IMG/VR virus record: IMGVR_UViG_3300008255_000398
Span: 1 to 27,456 of that record
DNA: 27,456 nucleotides
Strand: one strand, 5' to 3'
Source: a virus
Taxonomy: Duplodnaviria > Caudoviricetes
Shown: positions 1 to 9,093 of the stretch, piece after piece
How the letters are laid out: every line of letters begins with the position of its first letter
How positions within the stretch are numbered: position 1 is the stretch's first letter
Program-made: the position numbers and the translations under genes
The notes under the pieces: generated by a model
Seen by the model: the letters and a program-made list of their open reading frames with translations, nothing else
Databases searched by the model: none
What the model was told of the DNA's origin: nothing

Positions 1-89
1 TCAGTTATTACAATATTTGTATACTCGATTGACCTGACAAGAGCGATCCTCTCACCATCTTCATTTTGGAATGCTATTATTGCTCTCAT
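1..89 (-). CDS. Hypothetical early protein, N-terminal part (runs off the window edge)
   Basis: ATG at 89 with a GGAGGG RBS upstream. Frame MRAIIAFQNEDGERIALVRSIEYTNIVIT is open to the edge. Confidence 0.55.
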   Translation of the reverse strand, partial: MRAIIAFQNEDGERIALVRSIEYTNIVIT

Positions 90-188
90 GTTTTTCCCTC
101 CAATTAATAAGTTTAGTTCTTAGTAAATCGCCTGTAGCTGCCACAAACAAGCACGACAGGCAAACAATTATTAGATATTTATAGAAAT

Positions 189-407
189 TCATTCTAATAC
201 CACCATACTTCCCTGTTCAAATTCAATCGTAACCTGGTTTAACTTTTTATCATGCTGTACTTCTTTAATATTGCGATATACATCTATCCAATGGCCTTCC
301 CATCCGGACGGATTTTTTCGTCCGAAAAAGAAGCCCATTGCTAACATGAATATGCAAATAAATATTGTAACTATTATGTATCTATGGCTGTGGTGTTCTA
401 AGTTCAT
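189..407 (-). CDS. Small membrane-anchored hypothetical protein
   Basis: 72-aa ORF with a hydrophobic N-terminal helix and a GAGG RBS. Tightly packed with the upstream gene. Confidence 0.6.
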   Translation of the reverse strand: MNLEHHSHRYIIVTIFICIFMLAMGFFFGRKNPSGWEGHWIDVYRNIKEVQHDKKLNQVTIEFEQGSMVVLE

Positions 408-412
408 TATGT

Positions 413-559
413 CTATCCTCCAGTTTTGAAATCACAGAAAAATCCTGTACATTTTGCTCCAGTATGTTTTTCCCATTTACCTGTCTCTTTGTTATACCAT
501 GAATAGGTATACTTTTTCAATGGCTTATCACATTTAGGACAGGTACCATAATTGCCCAT
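413..559 (-). CDS. Small Zn-ribbon protein (48 aa)
   Basis: Start reassigned to MGNYGTCPKC after an AGGAGG RBS. CxxC...CxxxxC pattern. Confidence 0.6.
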   Translation of the reverse strand: MGNYGTCPKCDKPLKKYTYSWYNKETGKWEKHTGAKCTGFFCDFKTGG

Positions 560-573
560 ATAAATCCTCCTTC

Positions 574-735
574 CTATCTTAGAATTAATAAAATAATACC
601 GGCTATAAAGGGTAAGAATATCAAACAGCATCCAGAATTACTACTACCGCTATCGCTATCACTATTCTTTCTTTCACTCTCTACACTTCCCCATATCAAC
701 CTTTCCCAATCGCTGTCACTTTCTTTTTTACTCAT
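574..735 (-). CDS. Small protein with C-terminal transmembrane helix (53 aa)
   Basis: Start MSKKESD after an AGGAGGG RBS. Ser-rich linker followed by GCCLIFLPFIAGIILLILR. Confidence 0.6.
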   Translation of the reverse strand: MSKKESDSDWERLIWGSVESERKNSDSDSGSSNSGCCLIFLPFIAGIILLILR

Positions 736-802
736 AATCTCCCTCCTTTCTGAGTGTTGTAACACTCTATAAGACCTAGGAATATCCTAGGGCCTAACAA
801 TA

Positions 803-1261
803 TTACATTGTCTCAATGTATAAATCTTTCCTTAATAGCTGAAATTCTTCTTGATAATATATGCAAATTCTTTTTGTTTTTGCTGTATTATTTCCCAGTT
901 TTCCAAAGCTTTTGATCTTAGCAAATTCTACAGGATTCCATTTAATCATTGTCAATGGCTGATAGTTGTAAACATGTTGATGGATGATCAAGTCTGCCAA
1001 TGTTGAAAGCTTTGAAAAGAACTTGACCACTACTCGATATTTCATAATGTCAAATTTATATAGATTCCTATCTTTGTCTAGGAGATTAACAGCGTAGCTG
1101 TCTCCATCACCTTCTTTAGTAATAAATAATACATTTTGGTTCCCTTCCAGGTCTTCAATACTTTTGAAGTACTTACCAGGTTCCAATGATCTTAAAAATA
1201 ATGTTTCTTTATTTACAATCCCAATCAATCCAAAATAATTTCTAATTTTTTCACAGTTCAT
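803..1261 (-). CDS. Hypothetical protein (152 aa)
   Basis: ORF with GGAGGG RBS. The stop codon lies in a hairpin repeat. Confidence 0.75.
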   Translation of the reverse strand: MNCEKIRNYFGLIGIVNKETLFLRSLEPGKYFKSIEDLEGNQNVLFITKEGDGDSYAVNLLDKDRNLYKFDIMKYRVVVKFFSKLSTLADLIIHQHVYNYQPLTMIKWNPVEFAKIKSFGKLGNNTAKTKRICIYYQEEFQLLRKDLYIETM

Positions 1262-1418
1262 AATTATTCCCTCCAGATTTTTATTAAGAGTTAGTACTCT
1301 ATTGAAAGCCTGAAATTCAGACTCACTAACAATACTATCTTTTTTATCAGAAATAAGGTAAAATTAATATAGTAATTCATCAAGGATAGACTCCAATTTT
1401 CAAAAAGGAGCTGTTTAT

Positions 1419-2096
1419 ATGTATTATGGTTTAATCCCTGCAATAGTCAGCATGGAACGAAAAAACAATAAGAACAAAAGCACAGTTAATGGAAAAAGAC
1501 TTATCGACTATACTTTAGAGGCTGTCATGGACAGCAGTTTATCAAAGACCTTCATCTCTACCGATTACCCTGAATCAGATTTCCAGAATTTCTTGCCCAG
1601 TCCCAAATTTGTTTACCTTGAGAGGCCGCTAAATCTACGATCAACAGGCCTTGATTCAAAGGCTACAGATTACATGGAACATTGTATAATTAGTCAGGGA
1701 ATCAGCTTCAATGATGCTATCATATTGCTCCAACCTGAGTGTATATTCAGGAAGGGCAAAGACATTGACATGGCCCTTGAAGCATATGAATATTCAGGGA
1801 AAAACACACTTGTAAGCGGTAACTATTTAATTACGCTTAAGCAATTGTATAACCTGGATGGGACGTTAATGCAGCCAGGAGAACATGTCAGAGCTGATAA
1901 AAGCACAAAAATATTCAAAAGAAACTCTTCGATATATATCTTCAATGTAGGATGGTTTATCTATCATAAAACCATCTTTGAAGATAATCCTTGCTTTTTT
2001 GAAATGGAATCTTACAAATCCCTGGAAGTACGCAACCACAATGATTTCGTACAAGCCGAAGCCATGGTTAAAGGCGGCATACTCCAAGAATGGTAA
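1419..2096 (+). CDS. Acylneuraminate cytidylyltransferase (NeuA)-like protein with a degenerate CTP-binding motif
   Basis: AGGAG RBS. Motifs GKRLIDYTLEA, ISTDY, ERP, IILLQPE, KRNSSIYIF and FEMESYKS align with 21885-22574. The PARxGSxRxxxKN motif is altered to PAIVSMERKNNKN. Confidence 0.8.
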   Translation: MYYGLIPAIVSMERKNNKNKSTVNGKRLIDYTLEAVMDSSLSKTFISTDYPESDFQNFLPSPKFVYLERPLNLRSTGLDSKATDYMEHCIISQGISFNDAIILLQPECIFRKGKDIDMALEAYEYSGKNTLVSGNYLITLKQLYNLDGTLMQPGEHVRADKSTKIFKRNSSIYIFNVGWFIYHKTIFEDNPCFFEMESYKSLEVRNHNDFVQAEAMVKGGILQEW

Positions 2097-2099
2097 GAG

Positions 2100-2123
2100 A
2101 GAGAGGGATGCCCCTCTCTTTTT
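2100..2123. terminator. Intrinsic terminator between convergent genes
   Basis: AGAGAGGG-ATGC-CCCTCTCT stem followed by a T run, between the stops of 1419-2096(+) and 2122-2406(-). Confidence 0.65.
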
Positions 2124-2406
2124 AATATTCTGAGGGTAATAATATTGTTGTGACAGAACGATCCCACTCAGTTTTAATCCATATCGTAGACTTGTTAATA
2201 GTATAGACAGACAATAGCATACCACCATTTTCAACAGAATCATTATTTGTTGCAATATCATCAGGTTCCAGGTCGCCCCAATCACCCTTTAAATGCCTTG
2301 CTAAGCAAGCGATTATTTCAGCACTCGTAAATGTTCTTTTCTCAAGTTCGTCCTCAATTCCTATTGTATAAACAAGCCTACCGATTGGAAAATTAATTTT
2401 AGCCAT
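2122..2406 (-). CDS. Conserved phage/plasmid hypothetical protein (RHxxGDWG...TTILLPSEY family)
   Basis: Recognisable motifs LARHLKGDWGDL, LLSVY and IWIKTEWDRSVTTILLPSEY. GGGGAG RBS. Confidence 0.8.
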   Translation of the reverse strand: MAKINFPIGRLVYTIGIEDELEKRTFTSAEIIACLARHLKGDWGDLEPDDIATNNDSVENGGMLLSVYTINKSTIWIKTEWDRSVTTILLPSEY

Positions 2407-2517
2407 AAAATCTCCCCCCGCTCTGTCGTGGACAGAGCTATAAATTATTTTTTAGTAATAGAGCGGATTAGCACTCTATAGACAGCCCGGAATTCTGTCT
2501 CGGACAGTCTAACAATG

Positions 2518-2856
2518 CTAATAGGTAACTAGTTCAATTTCTTCCATTTCACGATATTGAATAGTCATGTCTTTATAAATCCAAACTCTTAGAATCTTGA
2601 AATTTGTATCAGCACATTTAAGCTTGTTATAGCCATATGTTCTCTGTAATTCTTCCAATGTTTTCAGAAAATTTGTTCCATTGTGTCTGATTATAATAAA
2701 TCTTATCTCGACTCTGTTTTCATCTTCAAATATTTTCAAATCTTCAATCAATTTACTTATTGTGATAACGTCCATTAATACATCATGGTAATACATTGGA
2801 TTTTGATGTTGATCCATAATCATCTCAATGAATTTTGATAAAGTAGTTTTAATCAT
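2518..2856 (-). CDS. Hypothetical protein (112 aa)
   Basis: GGAGGG RBS. TAG stop lies in a hairpin repeat. Confidence 0.75.
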   Translation of the reverse strand: MIKTTLSKFIEMIMDQHQNPMYYHDVLMDVITISKLIEDLKIFEDENRVEIRFIIIRHNGTNFLKTLEELQRTYGYNKLKCADTNFKILRVWIYKDMTIQYREMEEIELVTY

Positions 2857-2929
2857 AATATTCCCTCCAGATTTTTTATTCAGAGTTTAGCACTCTATAA
2901 AAGGCCCACGTAAAGGCCTTCTAACAATA

Positions 2930-3748
2930 CTAAACATCATCCTCTTGATATACACTCTCTTGATTGATACAATCTGTCTCACAAGCGGCGATGCAGTTAT
3001 GCAACTTTACACTATACATATAATTGAGGTAATTACAATTCTTACATTTAGGATGTAATGGCTTTGGATTGACTGGTATTTCATTGACTTCAATATAATC
3101 CTTCAACTGGTTAACAATATTATGTTCTTCAAACCATGCCTTTAATTGGGCATCATTTTCAAGTACTGTAATAGATGTCATAAAACTTCGTAGTTTACTT
3201 GTTTCTTTAATGATCCAATTGTTATCCAATTTTCCACAATAGGCGTGATTTCCAGACACTTGAAAGCTCCAAATTCCATTATGATAATAGTCAAGGCATC
3301 CCCATTTAATATCACCATCAAACCATGTTATTGTATCATCTGTAATATCTTCAATGAAGTATCGCTTATAATTACTACCATCCCAAAAATTGAAAGTATA
3401 TTCATAATCAAGAGTATTTAGATTATCTTGAATAAACTCTCTATCGTTACAAAATAGCAATAGTGGGCGATCTTCAATTATTTCATATGTTGCCAGGTCA
3501 ACAGCACAATTTTTAATTTTGTAAGTCTTGAAAAACTTGTTGATATCATCCGATCCTATATTTTCATTCCAGAGGTCAAATTCTTCATTGATTAACGCCA
3601 ATTGAGAACTTGACAAAGGATAATCCAACTTAAAACCGTCATTTCTTGCGAACTGTGATATCTTTTCAATTTCATCCTTTTTAATTAAAACTAGCCCATT
3701 TTCATCATAAGTAAGCTTTACAGCAACATTGTCTTTTAATCTTTCCAT
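2930..3748 (-). CDS. Hypothetical protein (272 aa) with Cys-rich C-terminus
   Basis: Start reassigned to MERLKDN after GGAGGG, because the upstream TTG start overlaps the hairpin repeat. Confidence 0.8.
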   Translation of the reverse strand: MERLKDNVAVKLTYDENGLVLIKKDEIEKISQFARNDGFKLDYPLSSSQLALINEEFDLWNENIGSDDINKFFKTYKIKNCAVDLATYEIIEDRPLLLFCNDREFIQDNLNTLDYEYTFNFWDGSNYKRYFIEDITDDTITWFDGDIKWGCLDYYHNGIWSFQVSGNHAYCGKLDNNWIIKETSKLRSFMTSITVLENDAQLKAWFEEHNIVNQLKDYIEVNEIPVNPKPLHPKCKNCNYLNYMYSVKLHNCIAACETDCINQESVYQEDDV

Positions 3749-3825
3749 AATTTTTTTCCCTCCAAGGTTAATATTAGAGTTTAGCACTCTATAAAAGGCC
3801 CTTGAGGCCTTCTAACAATCCTAAA

Positions 3826-4311
3826 CTATTCAATTTCAGGCTGATTTTTTCGCCCTGCTTTAACTGTCTGTGAACCATATGTATTACGTATAGTTCCCAT
3901 GTCCCACGATCCCCGACTTTTGCACACGTACCACTCGGGTTTATAGTACCAACATTGTTTGACCTTATTCCACTTCAATTTAAGGGCCTTTAGATGGTCT
4001 TTAATCGGTTTTGTATCGCCCTTAACATAGAACCACCAACCACACACTTCAATTTCAATATTGGGATATTTCAACAGCTCATTGATGATATCGGCGAAAA
4101 TGTCGGCTTCCTTATGCTGGCTTGCTGTCTTTTTCTCTGTAAAGCCTTCATTCTCTGATACTCTGTCAATGGCATCATGATATTGGTTAAGCATTATCTT
4201 AAATTCTACATCATCACCATTATTTCTATCTGGATGCAGTTCAAGAGCTAATTTTCTATATCTCTGTTTAATTTCATCAATGGTATTACAATCATAAAAA
4301 TAATTTGTCAT
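3826..4311 (-). CDS. J-domain (DnaJ-like) protein
   Basis: N-terminal EIKQRYRKLALELHPDRNNGD with an intact HPD motif. The C-terminus (GWWFYVKGDTKPIKDHLK...W) is typical of phage J-domain proteins. Confidence 0.85.
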   Translation of the reverse strand: MTNYFYDCNTIDEIKQRYRKLALELHPDRNNGDDVEFKIMLNQYHDAIDRVSENEGFTEKKTASQHKEADIFADIINELLKYPNIEIEVCGWWFYVKGDTKPIKDHLKALKLKWNKVKQCWYYKPEWYVCKSRGSWDMGTIRNTYGSQTVKAGRKNQPEIE

Positions 4312-4383
4312 AGTTTTTTCCCTCCATAGGTTTAATATTAGAGTTCAATGACTCTATAAAAGGCCCTTAAGGCCTTCTAACAA

Positions 4384-4527
4384 TCATTGAATATATAAGT
4401 CGTTCCAATCATCCTGGTCTATCCAGTTAAGACCTAAACAACTTAGTAAAATATTGTGTTGTAGCAACGTGAAGTTGATATCATTATCACACATTTCAAG
4501 TATTACCTTTTTAAATATTTCAGCCAT
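4384..4527 (-). CDS. Small hypothetical protein (47 aa), not in the ORF track
   Basis: MAEIFKKVILEMCDNDINFTLLQHNILLSCLGLNWIDQDDWNDLYIQ*. GAGGTG RBS. Overlaps the upstream stop, and its TGA lies in a hairpin repeat. Confidence 0.6.
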   Translation of the reverse strand: MAEIFKKVILEMCDNDINFTLLQHNILLSCLGLNWIDQDDWNDLYIQ

Positions 4528-4666
4528 TAGTTATCACCTCACCACAATTATTACATTCTAAGGTATTAACATATTGACTATCATTGACGATATTATCTAA
4601 TGATATTATTGAGATATCATCAATTTCAATAATATCGGTACTACCACAATTTAGACATTTTTCCAT
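4520..4666 (-). CDS. Small Zn-ribbon protein (48 aa)
   Basis: MEKCLNCGS...LECNNCGE (two CxxC) after a GGAGGG RBS. Confidence 0.65.
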   Translation of the reverse strand: MEKCLNCGSTDIIEIDDISIISLDNIVNDSQYVNTLECNNCGEVITNG

Positions 4667-4741
4667 GATATTCCCTCCATAGGTTTTTATTAAGAGTTTT
4701 AACACTCTATAAAAGGCCCACGTAAAGGCCTTCTAACAATG

Positions 4742-5143
4742 CTAAACAGCGACTTGACTATCTTTCCAATTATCCAATAATTGGGGAATGTATTGTTTTG
4801 ACATTAAATCAAAGCTTACAAACCATTCATTTTCAATTTTTTCGAATTTAACAGTAAAAACGGCGTGTTTCCTATTGCCACTATCATACAAACCTTCCCA
4901 AATTGCTTTTATCCAGGGGAAATCAATACCTTGACTCGATACGTCTAAATTTGTCCCACATTCACGAACAAACCAGATATATTCTCTTTCATATTCTCTG
5001 TCATGTTGCATGTTATTAAAGTTATTAGCCAGTCTTAAATAATCAATTTCAATATCATTCTTATAATATTTCACATAGCTATTAGCGGTTAATAACATTG
5101 TCTCCCTGAATTCTACTAGATTCCCATTTTCTAATTTAATCAT
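4742..5143 (-). CDS. Hypothetical protein (133 aa), first gene of the leftward array
   Basis: GGAGGG RBS. TAG stop lies in a hairpin repeat. Confidence 0.75.
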   Translation of the reverse strand: MIKLENGNLVEFRETMLLTANSYVKYYKNDIEIDYLRLANNFNNMQHDREYEREYIWFVRECGTNLDVSSQGIDFPWIKAIWEGLYDSGNRKHAVFTVKFEKIENEWFVSFDLMSKQYIPQLLDNWKDSQVAV

Positions 5144-6175
5144 AATATATTACCCTCCATAGGTTTATTTGTGTACAAAGTACACTATAGGGAGAATAAA
5201 CAAGCCAATTGGCCTCCTTATTCCCTCTTACAATACTTTGTTTTGGAGGGAGGGAAATTTTTCCAGTCGTCAATATTTTGTCTTTTTTCACTTATTGGCT
5301 ATTATCCAGTGTTAAACCTCAATGAAGGGAATAACGGATATTTTACCATCATATAGACGATTTATATTAAGTTGTCAATGTACATGAGGTCATTACTTAA
5401 AAGAGGGTTTAAACGTGTACTAAGAGGTAGTCAATTGAAGTGAGCTAAGATGTAAACCAGGTTGATAAAACTTGTATATCCAGTCAATTAGACAGATTGC
5501 CTAATTTTTGCCCATAAATGCAGGGCGTGGAGGCCGGGCGGCCTGTAAGTAATTAAGAAGTGTACTACAATTACTATATTATCATGAAAATAGTATCCGT
5601 GGGTTACAAACATATTAAGCGTTAATTACAGTTAAATTTCATAAGTTGATGTTATATACAAAATATGGAAAATGTCGGCCGTTGTTAGTTATCTAGGTAG
5701 GAAAAACAATCTTTTCAGGGTTATTTCATCAATGAGGGTTATTGAATAACATCAAAAGAAGGTAATAAAAAGAATGTTAACGATTGATATTTAAGCAGCG
5801 TTATTTTATTGATAGGATAGTTTTGATTTAATATAGTAGGGTAACTATATTGGTCTAATATTAATCTGTCTTATTTTGAGTGTTAAGGCCCTTAAAAATG
5901 ATTTCCCCTATTTTAGGGCCCTGGATGTTTTTGCGCCAAAAAGTTGAAATCTAAGCGTTATTACCAATATGTACCAGGATAATATTGGATGATAAAGATA
6001 TTTATGTTTAGATTGTGGATAACTTTGAGGATGGGTATGTGGAAAATAATGGGAAATGGCTATATATAGGCGTTTGTTGATGGCATAATATGGTATTAAT
6101 GGAAAATATTATTGCCGGGTGGACCTGAGACAATTAAAACGTAACAGTAAATGAGAAAATAGCCAATTTGTGTAA

Positions 6176-6189
6176 CAAACATATGTTCT
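6176..6189. promoter_or_regulatory. LexA (Cheo) box, one mismatch
   Basis: CAAACATATGTTCT versus the Gram-positive consensus CGAAC-N4-GTTCG. Confidence 0.45.
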
Positions 6190-6223
6190 ATGCAGATAGA
6201 TAGCTGATTACCGGACGTAACAC

Positions 6224-6237
6224 CGAACAAACGTTTG
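6224..6237. promoter_or_regulatory. LexA (Cheo) box
   Basis: CGAACAAACGTTTG. Confidence 0.5.
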
Positions 6238-6580
6238 TTACAGAGATTTGATGATGTCAATATATGGATAGTATGGAATAATTTTCTGTCATTGTGATGA
6301 TAAGACTTACAGAGATATGGAATATTATGGATAAATTTAAGTATTGAAGTTATTGTAAATGATGTAATATATTCCCATGGAGAATGATTGCATAAATGGA
6401 TAAATTTGGGCGTACTGTTAAAAGATGGATAATCCATGACATATATGGGAAATACTAGGAGAATATTGATGACAATATATGGAAAATGACTAGATAATAT
6501 TGGAAAATGATGAGTAAATATGTTTAAGTATGGATATACTCACGTTTATTTCCTGTTACTAGGAGATTTGAAACGCTCTA

Positions 6581-6604
6581 AGAGAGAGAGAGAGAGAGAG
6601 AGAG
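6581..6604. repeat. (AG)12 microsatellite
   Basis: Read directly from the sequence. Confidence 0.9.
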
Positions 6605-7031
6605 GTAACAGACAGTAAATATATATAAGCTATATATTTTTTGTTCTTGCTTTTTTCTTTGCTGGAAATTGTTTTTAAAAAGCCGCAAAAATTACCAAAA
6701 TATATGAGGTATGTAAATATATTGAAGTTATGGTATATGTATACATGACTATGGTATGAACTGGAAATTATTGATATATGGAAGATGATATTTTGTAGAA
6801 AAGGTATATATATTCCCTGGATATAACTGGAAACGTTAGGGAAATGTTTGGATAGGGTGAAATTATACAAGCCTCTAGGGTAGTACTGTTACTGTTACGG
6901 AGTGAGTTTTTCTCCTGTGATAGAGTGGTGTTGAGTATGGGACAGTATTGCTGACCTTATGTTACTTACGTTTGTTGGTAGAATATGGAAGGCTTGAAAG
7001 GGTTTGAGGGAGAGAGTTACAGGGATGGGGG

Positions 7032-7045
7032 CGAACATATGTTCT
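7032..7045. promoter_or_regulatory. LexA (Cheo) box
   Basis: CGAACATATGTTCT. Confidence 0.65.
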
Positions 7046-8070
7046 CGGAACAGTGACTCGATCCCTCTGTTACTTGATGATGGAAGAAATGGGAAATAGT
7101 TCCATGTGAGGTGGGAGGATGGATAATAGTGTGTCGAAATGTGTAGGTTATGTGGATAATGATGGGAATTGGTAATTGTCGAAAAGTGAGCTGGGAATGG
7201 AAGAAAATGGTAAATAAGCGTGTCACGCTCCCAATTTATGGATGAATCGCTTATATATAAATAAATTTATCCCATAAATGGAAAATAAACACATATTTGT
7301 GAGGTCGAAAAAGGCGTTGTCAGTTTAACTGACGTGTCAGTTTAACTATATACTGGAAATTGTTTTATTCAAACTAATTGACACTGGTAAATACTAGGAG
7401 AAATAAGGCGTTTTTCGTTGACATGTGAATCATATTGATGGATATATTATACAGTAGAATAAACATAATATTTTGAGCGTGTCCAAAGTATCATTAAACC
7501 ACTGTTAAATATTTAACAATGTCATTAAGCTCTGATTACCAGATGGATATAAAAAAGTGAATAAATCCGGAAAAACACAAACAAAACACTACATTTGTCC
7601 ATAATTATGTTTATATATCCAGATAATTTCCAGAAATGGATAATGGGTATGGAATAGATTGGAAATTATGGGAATTGTTACGGTGTTTTTGCTATCGTCT
7701 AATTGAACAAAATAAACATTTTGTATAATTAGAATTCAGATACCCCTATATTACTATGTTATAGCTGGTAATATCCATAATATGGTAATTGTCGAATTGG
7801 GATAATAGTGATGTTATTACCATGTATTAGTATGTATGGTAGTATATGGTATGCATGATATATATTTATATGAAATAGCACAACAAAATAATTATTGTTT
7901 TTGTGTGAATTTCGTGGTATTATGGGCGTGACAGCAGGCCATATCTTAACGTTATTACCATATACTGGAAGACACCCGGAGTACCCACCACCCGGAACAT
8001 CCGTTCCCACGTACCAGGGACCTGGTTTGATCATTCCCCAAATAATTTTTCCCCAAGTACAAATAAAACA

Positions 8071-8088
8071 GGCGAACACGTGTTCGCC
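8071..8088. promoter_or_regulatory. Perfect LexA (Cheo) box upstream of the rightward genes
   Basis: 18-bp palindrome GGCGAACACGTGTTCGCC about 60 bp before ATG 8147. Confidence 0.7.
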
Positions 8089-8146
8089 GGAAATGAGGAT
8101 GCATGAGTAACAGTAAAACAGATTTACCACCAGAGGGAGGTACTAT

Positions 8147-8677
8147 ATGAATATCGACAATAAAGCTGGCGAAGTCAGCTTACTTAATCTACATACAATG
8201 GTAAAGAACATCACAAGAGTATTACGGTTATCAGAGAAATCTACACAGCGTATCATCACAGGGTTAATGCGAACATTTTTCCAGGATTTAGTAAATTCAT
8301 CCTGTGAGGGATTAGATAGTTACAGTGAAATTTCTAACAATGAGGACACGCATAAGCTTATTGCAGCTAATTATCTTAAGAATTGCAGTGGAGCGGTTCT
8401 GGGATTCGACCTGGAAGAAATTGGTGTAGATGTAGATCATAGCGTAAGACTTTACCCAGAGAAATTTTATCTCCAGGAATTTCACGCACAGTTAATGTAC
8501 GTAATAGGGGAATATCTGGAAAAAGACGAACAATTACAGATCGAAGAAGAGGGTTGCGGTGGAGCAACGAGCAAAGATGATAATGGGATGTCCTTTGCAT
8601 TTAAGTTAGCATGTGGATGCCTAAGTGAGTTACAGTATATTACTAAAGTTCACCTAGATAGTAAAAAAGGAAAGTAA
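8147..8677 (+). CDS. Hypothetical protein (176 aa)
   Basis: GGGAGGT RBS and protein-like composition. Confidence 0.75.
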   Translation: MNIDNKAGEVSLLNLHTMVKNITRVLRLSEKSTQRIITGLMRTFFQDLVNSSCEGLDSYSEISNNEDTHKLIAANYLKNCSGAVLGFDLEEIGVDVDHSVRLYPEKFYLQEFHAQLMYVIGEYLEKDEQLQIEEEGCGGATSKDDNGMSFAFKLACGCLSELQYITKVHLDSKKGK

Positions 8678-8835
8678 CTGCATTTGCTTTCAAGCGCAAC
8701 TAATAATACTTGAGATGCAAGAGGCAGTTACATGACTTTCTTCATCCAAGAAAAGATATCTAAGAGGAGATAAAGCATGGTGGAAATTTCATTCTTTACC
8801 ACCCGCTTTTAATCTTTTGATCTTTTAAGAAGGAG

Positions 8836-9093
8836 GTGGAAAATATGATAGTTGATGATCTGCCAAGGTCAGAGGATGATTTTGACAAGCCAGAACTTAA
8901 GGACGAGGATGTTTTTGACATTAACATTAATGAGAAGGAGAACGACAAGTATATTAATTTTGAGCCTACAGGAGGGGAACCTGTATGTCCAGCATGTGGA
9001 TTTATGTTAAATAGTGAGAATGAGATATGGTGTCCATTTTGTGGGTACAATGTACTGTTAGATTATGAATGTGAGGAGGATATTGATTTATGA
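8836..9093 (+). CDS. Acidic Zn-ribbon protein
   Basis: CPACG...CPFCG. AGGAGG RBS (start may be ATG 8845). ATGA overlap with the next gene. Confidence 0.7.
   Translation: MENMIVDDLPRSEDDFDKPELKDEDVFDININEKENDKYINFEPTGGEPVCPACGFMLNSENEIWCPFCGYNVLLDYECEEDIDL

Larger units (their letters stand above)
752..5240 (-). repeat. Dispersed family of about 8 intergenic hairpins (approx. 752-808, 1288-1338, 2461-2523, 2882-2935, 3776-3826, 4339-4392, 4693-4747, 5172-5240)
   Basis: On the minus strand each reads outer arm, ATTGTTAG, inner stem, loop, inner stem, ATAGAGT, outer arm. Arms differ between copies but stay paired. Each precedes the RBS of the next gene. Confidence 0.85.
5241..8146. other. About 2.9-kb non-coding divergent control region (possible origin or genome-end region)
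   Basis: The only ORFs are low-complexity and lack RBSs. Gene orientation diverges across it, and it contains repeated short motifs. Confidence 0.55.

Noticed and set aside
110-178. Possible ninth hairpin repeat (ATTGTT-GCCTGT...ACAGGC on the minus strand)
   Set aside because: It is in the right position but lacks the ATAGAGT half, so it is too degenerate to count.
752-5240. Canonical integron
   Set aside because: No integron integrase in the window, and the hairpins lack a consistent RYYYAAC...GTTRRRY boundary. Kept only as an analogy.
5171-8130. ORFs 5171-5356, 6096-6437, 6559-6870, 7017-7226, 7759-8130 and 7895-8110
   Set aside because: No RBS and biased composition that reflects strand skew. 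One reads through the microsatellite and another through a hairpin repeat.
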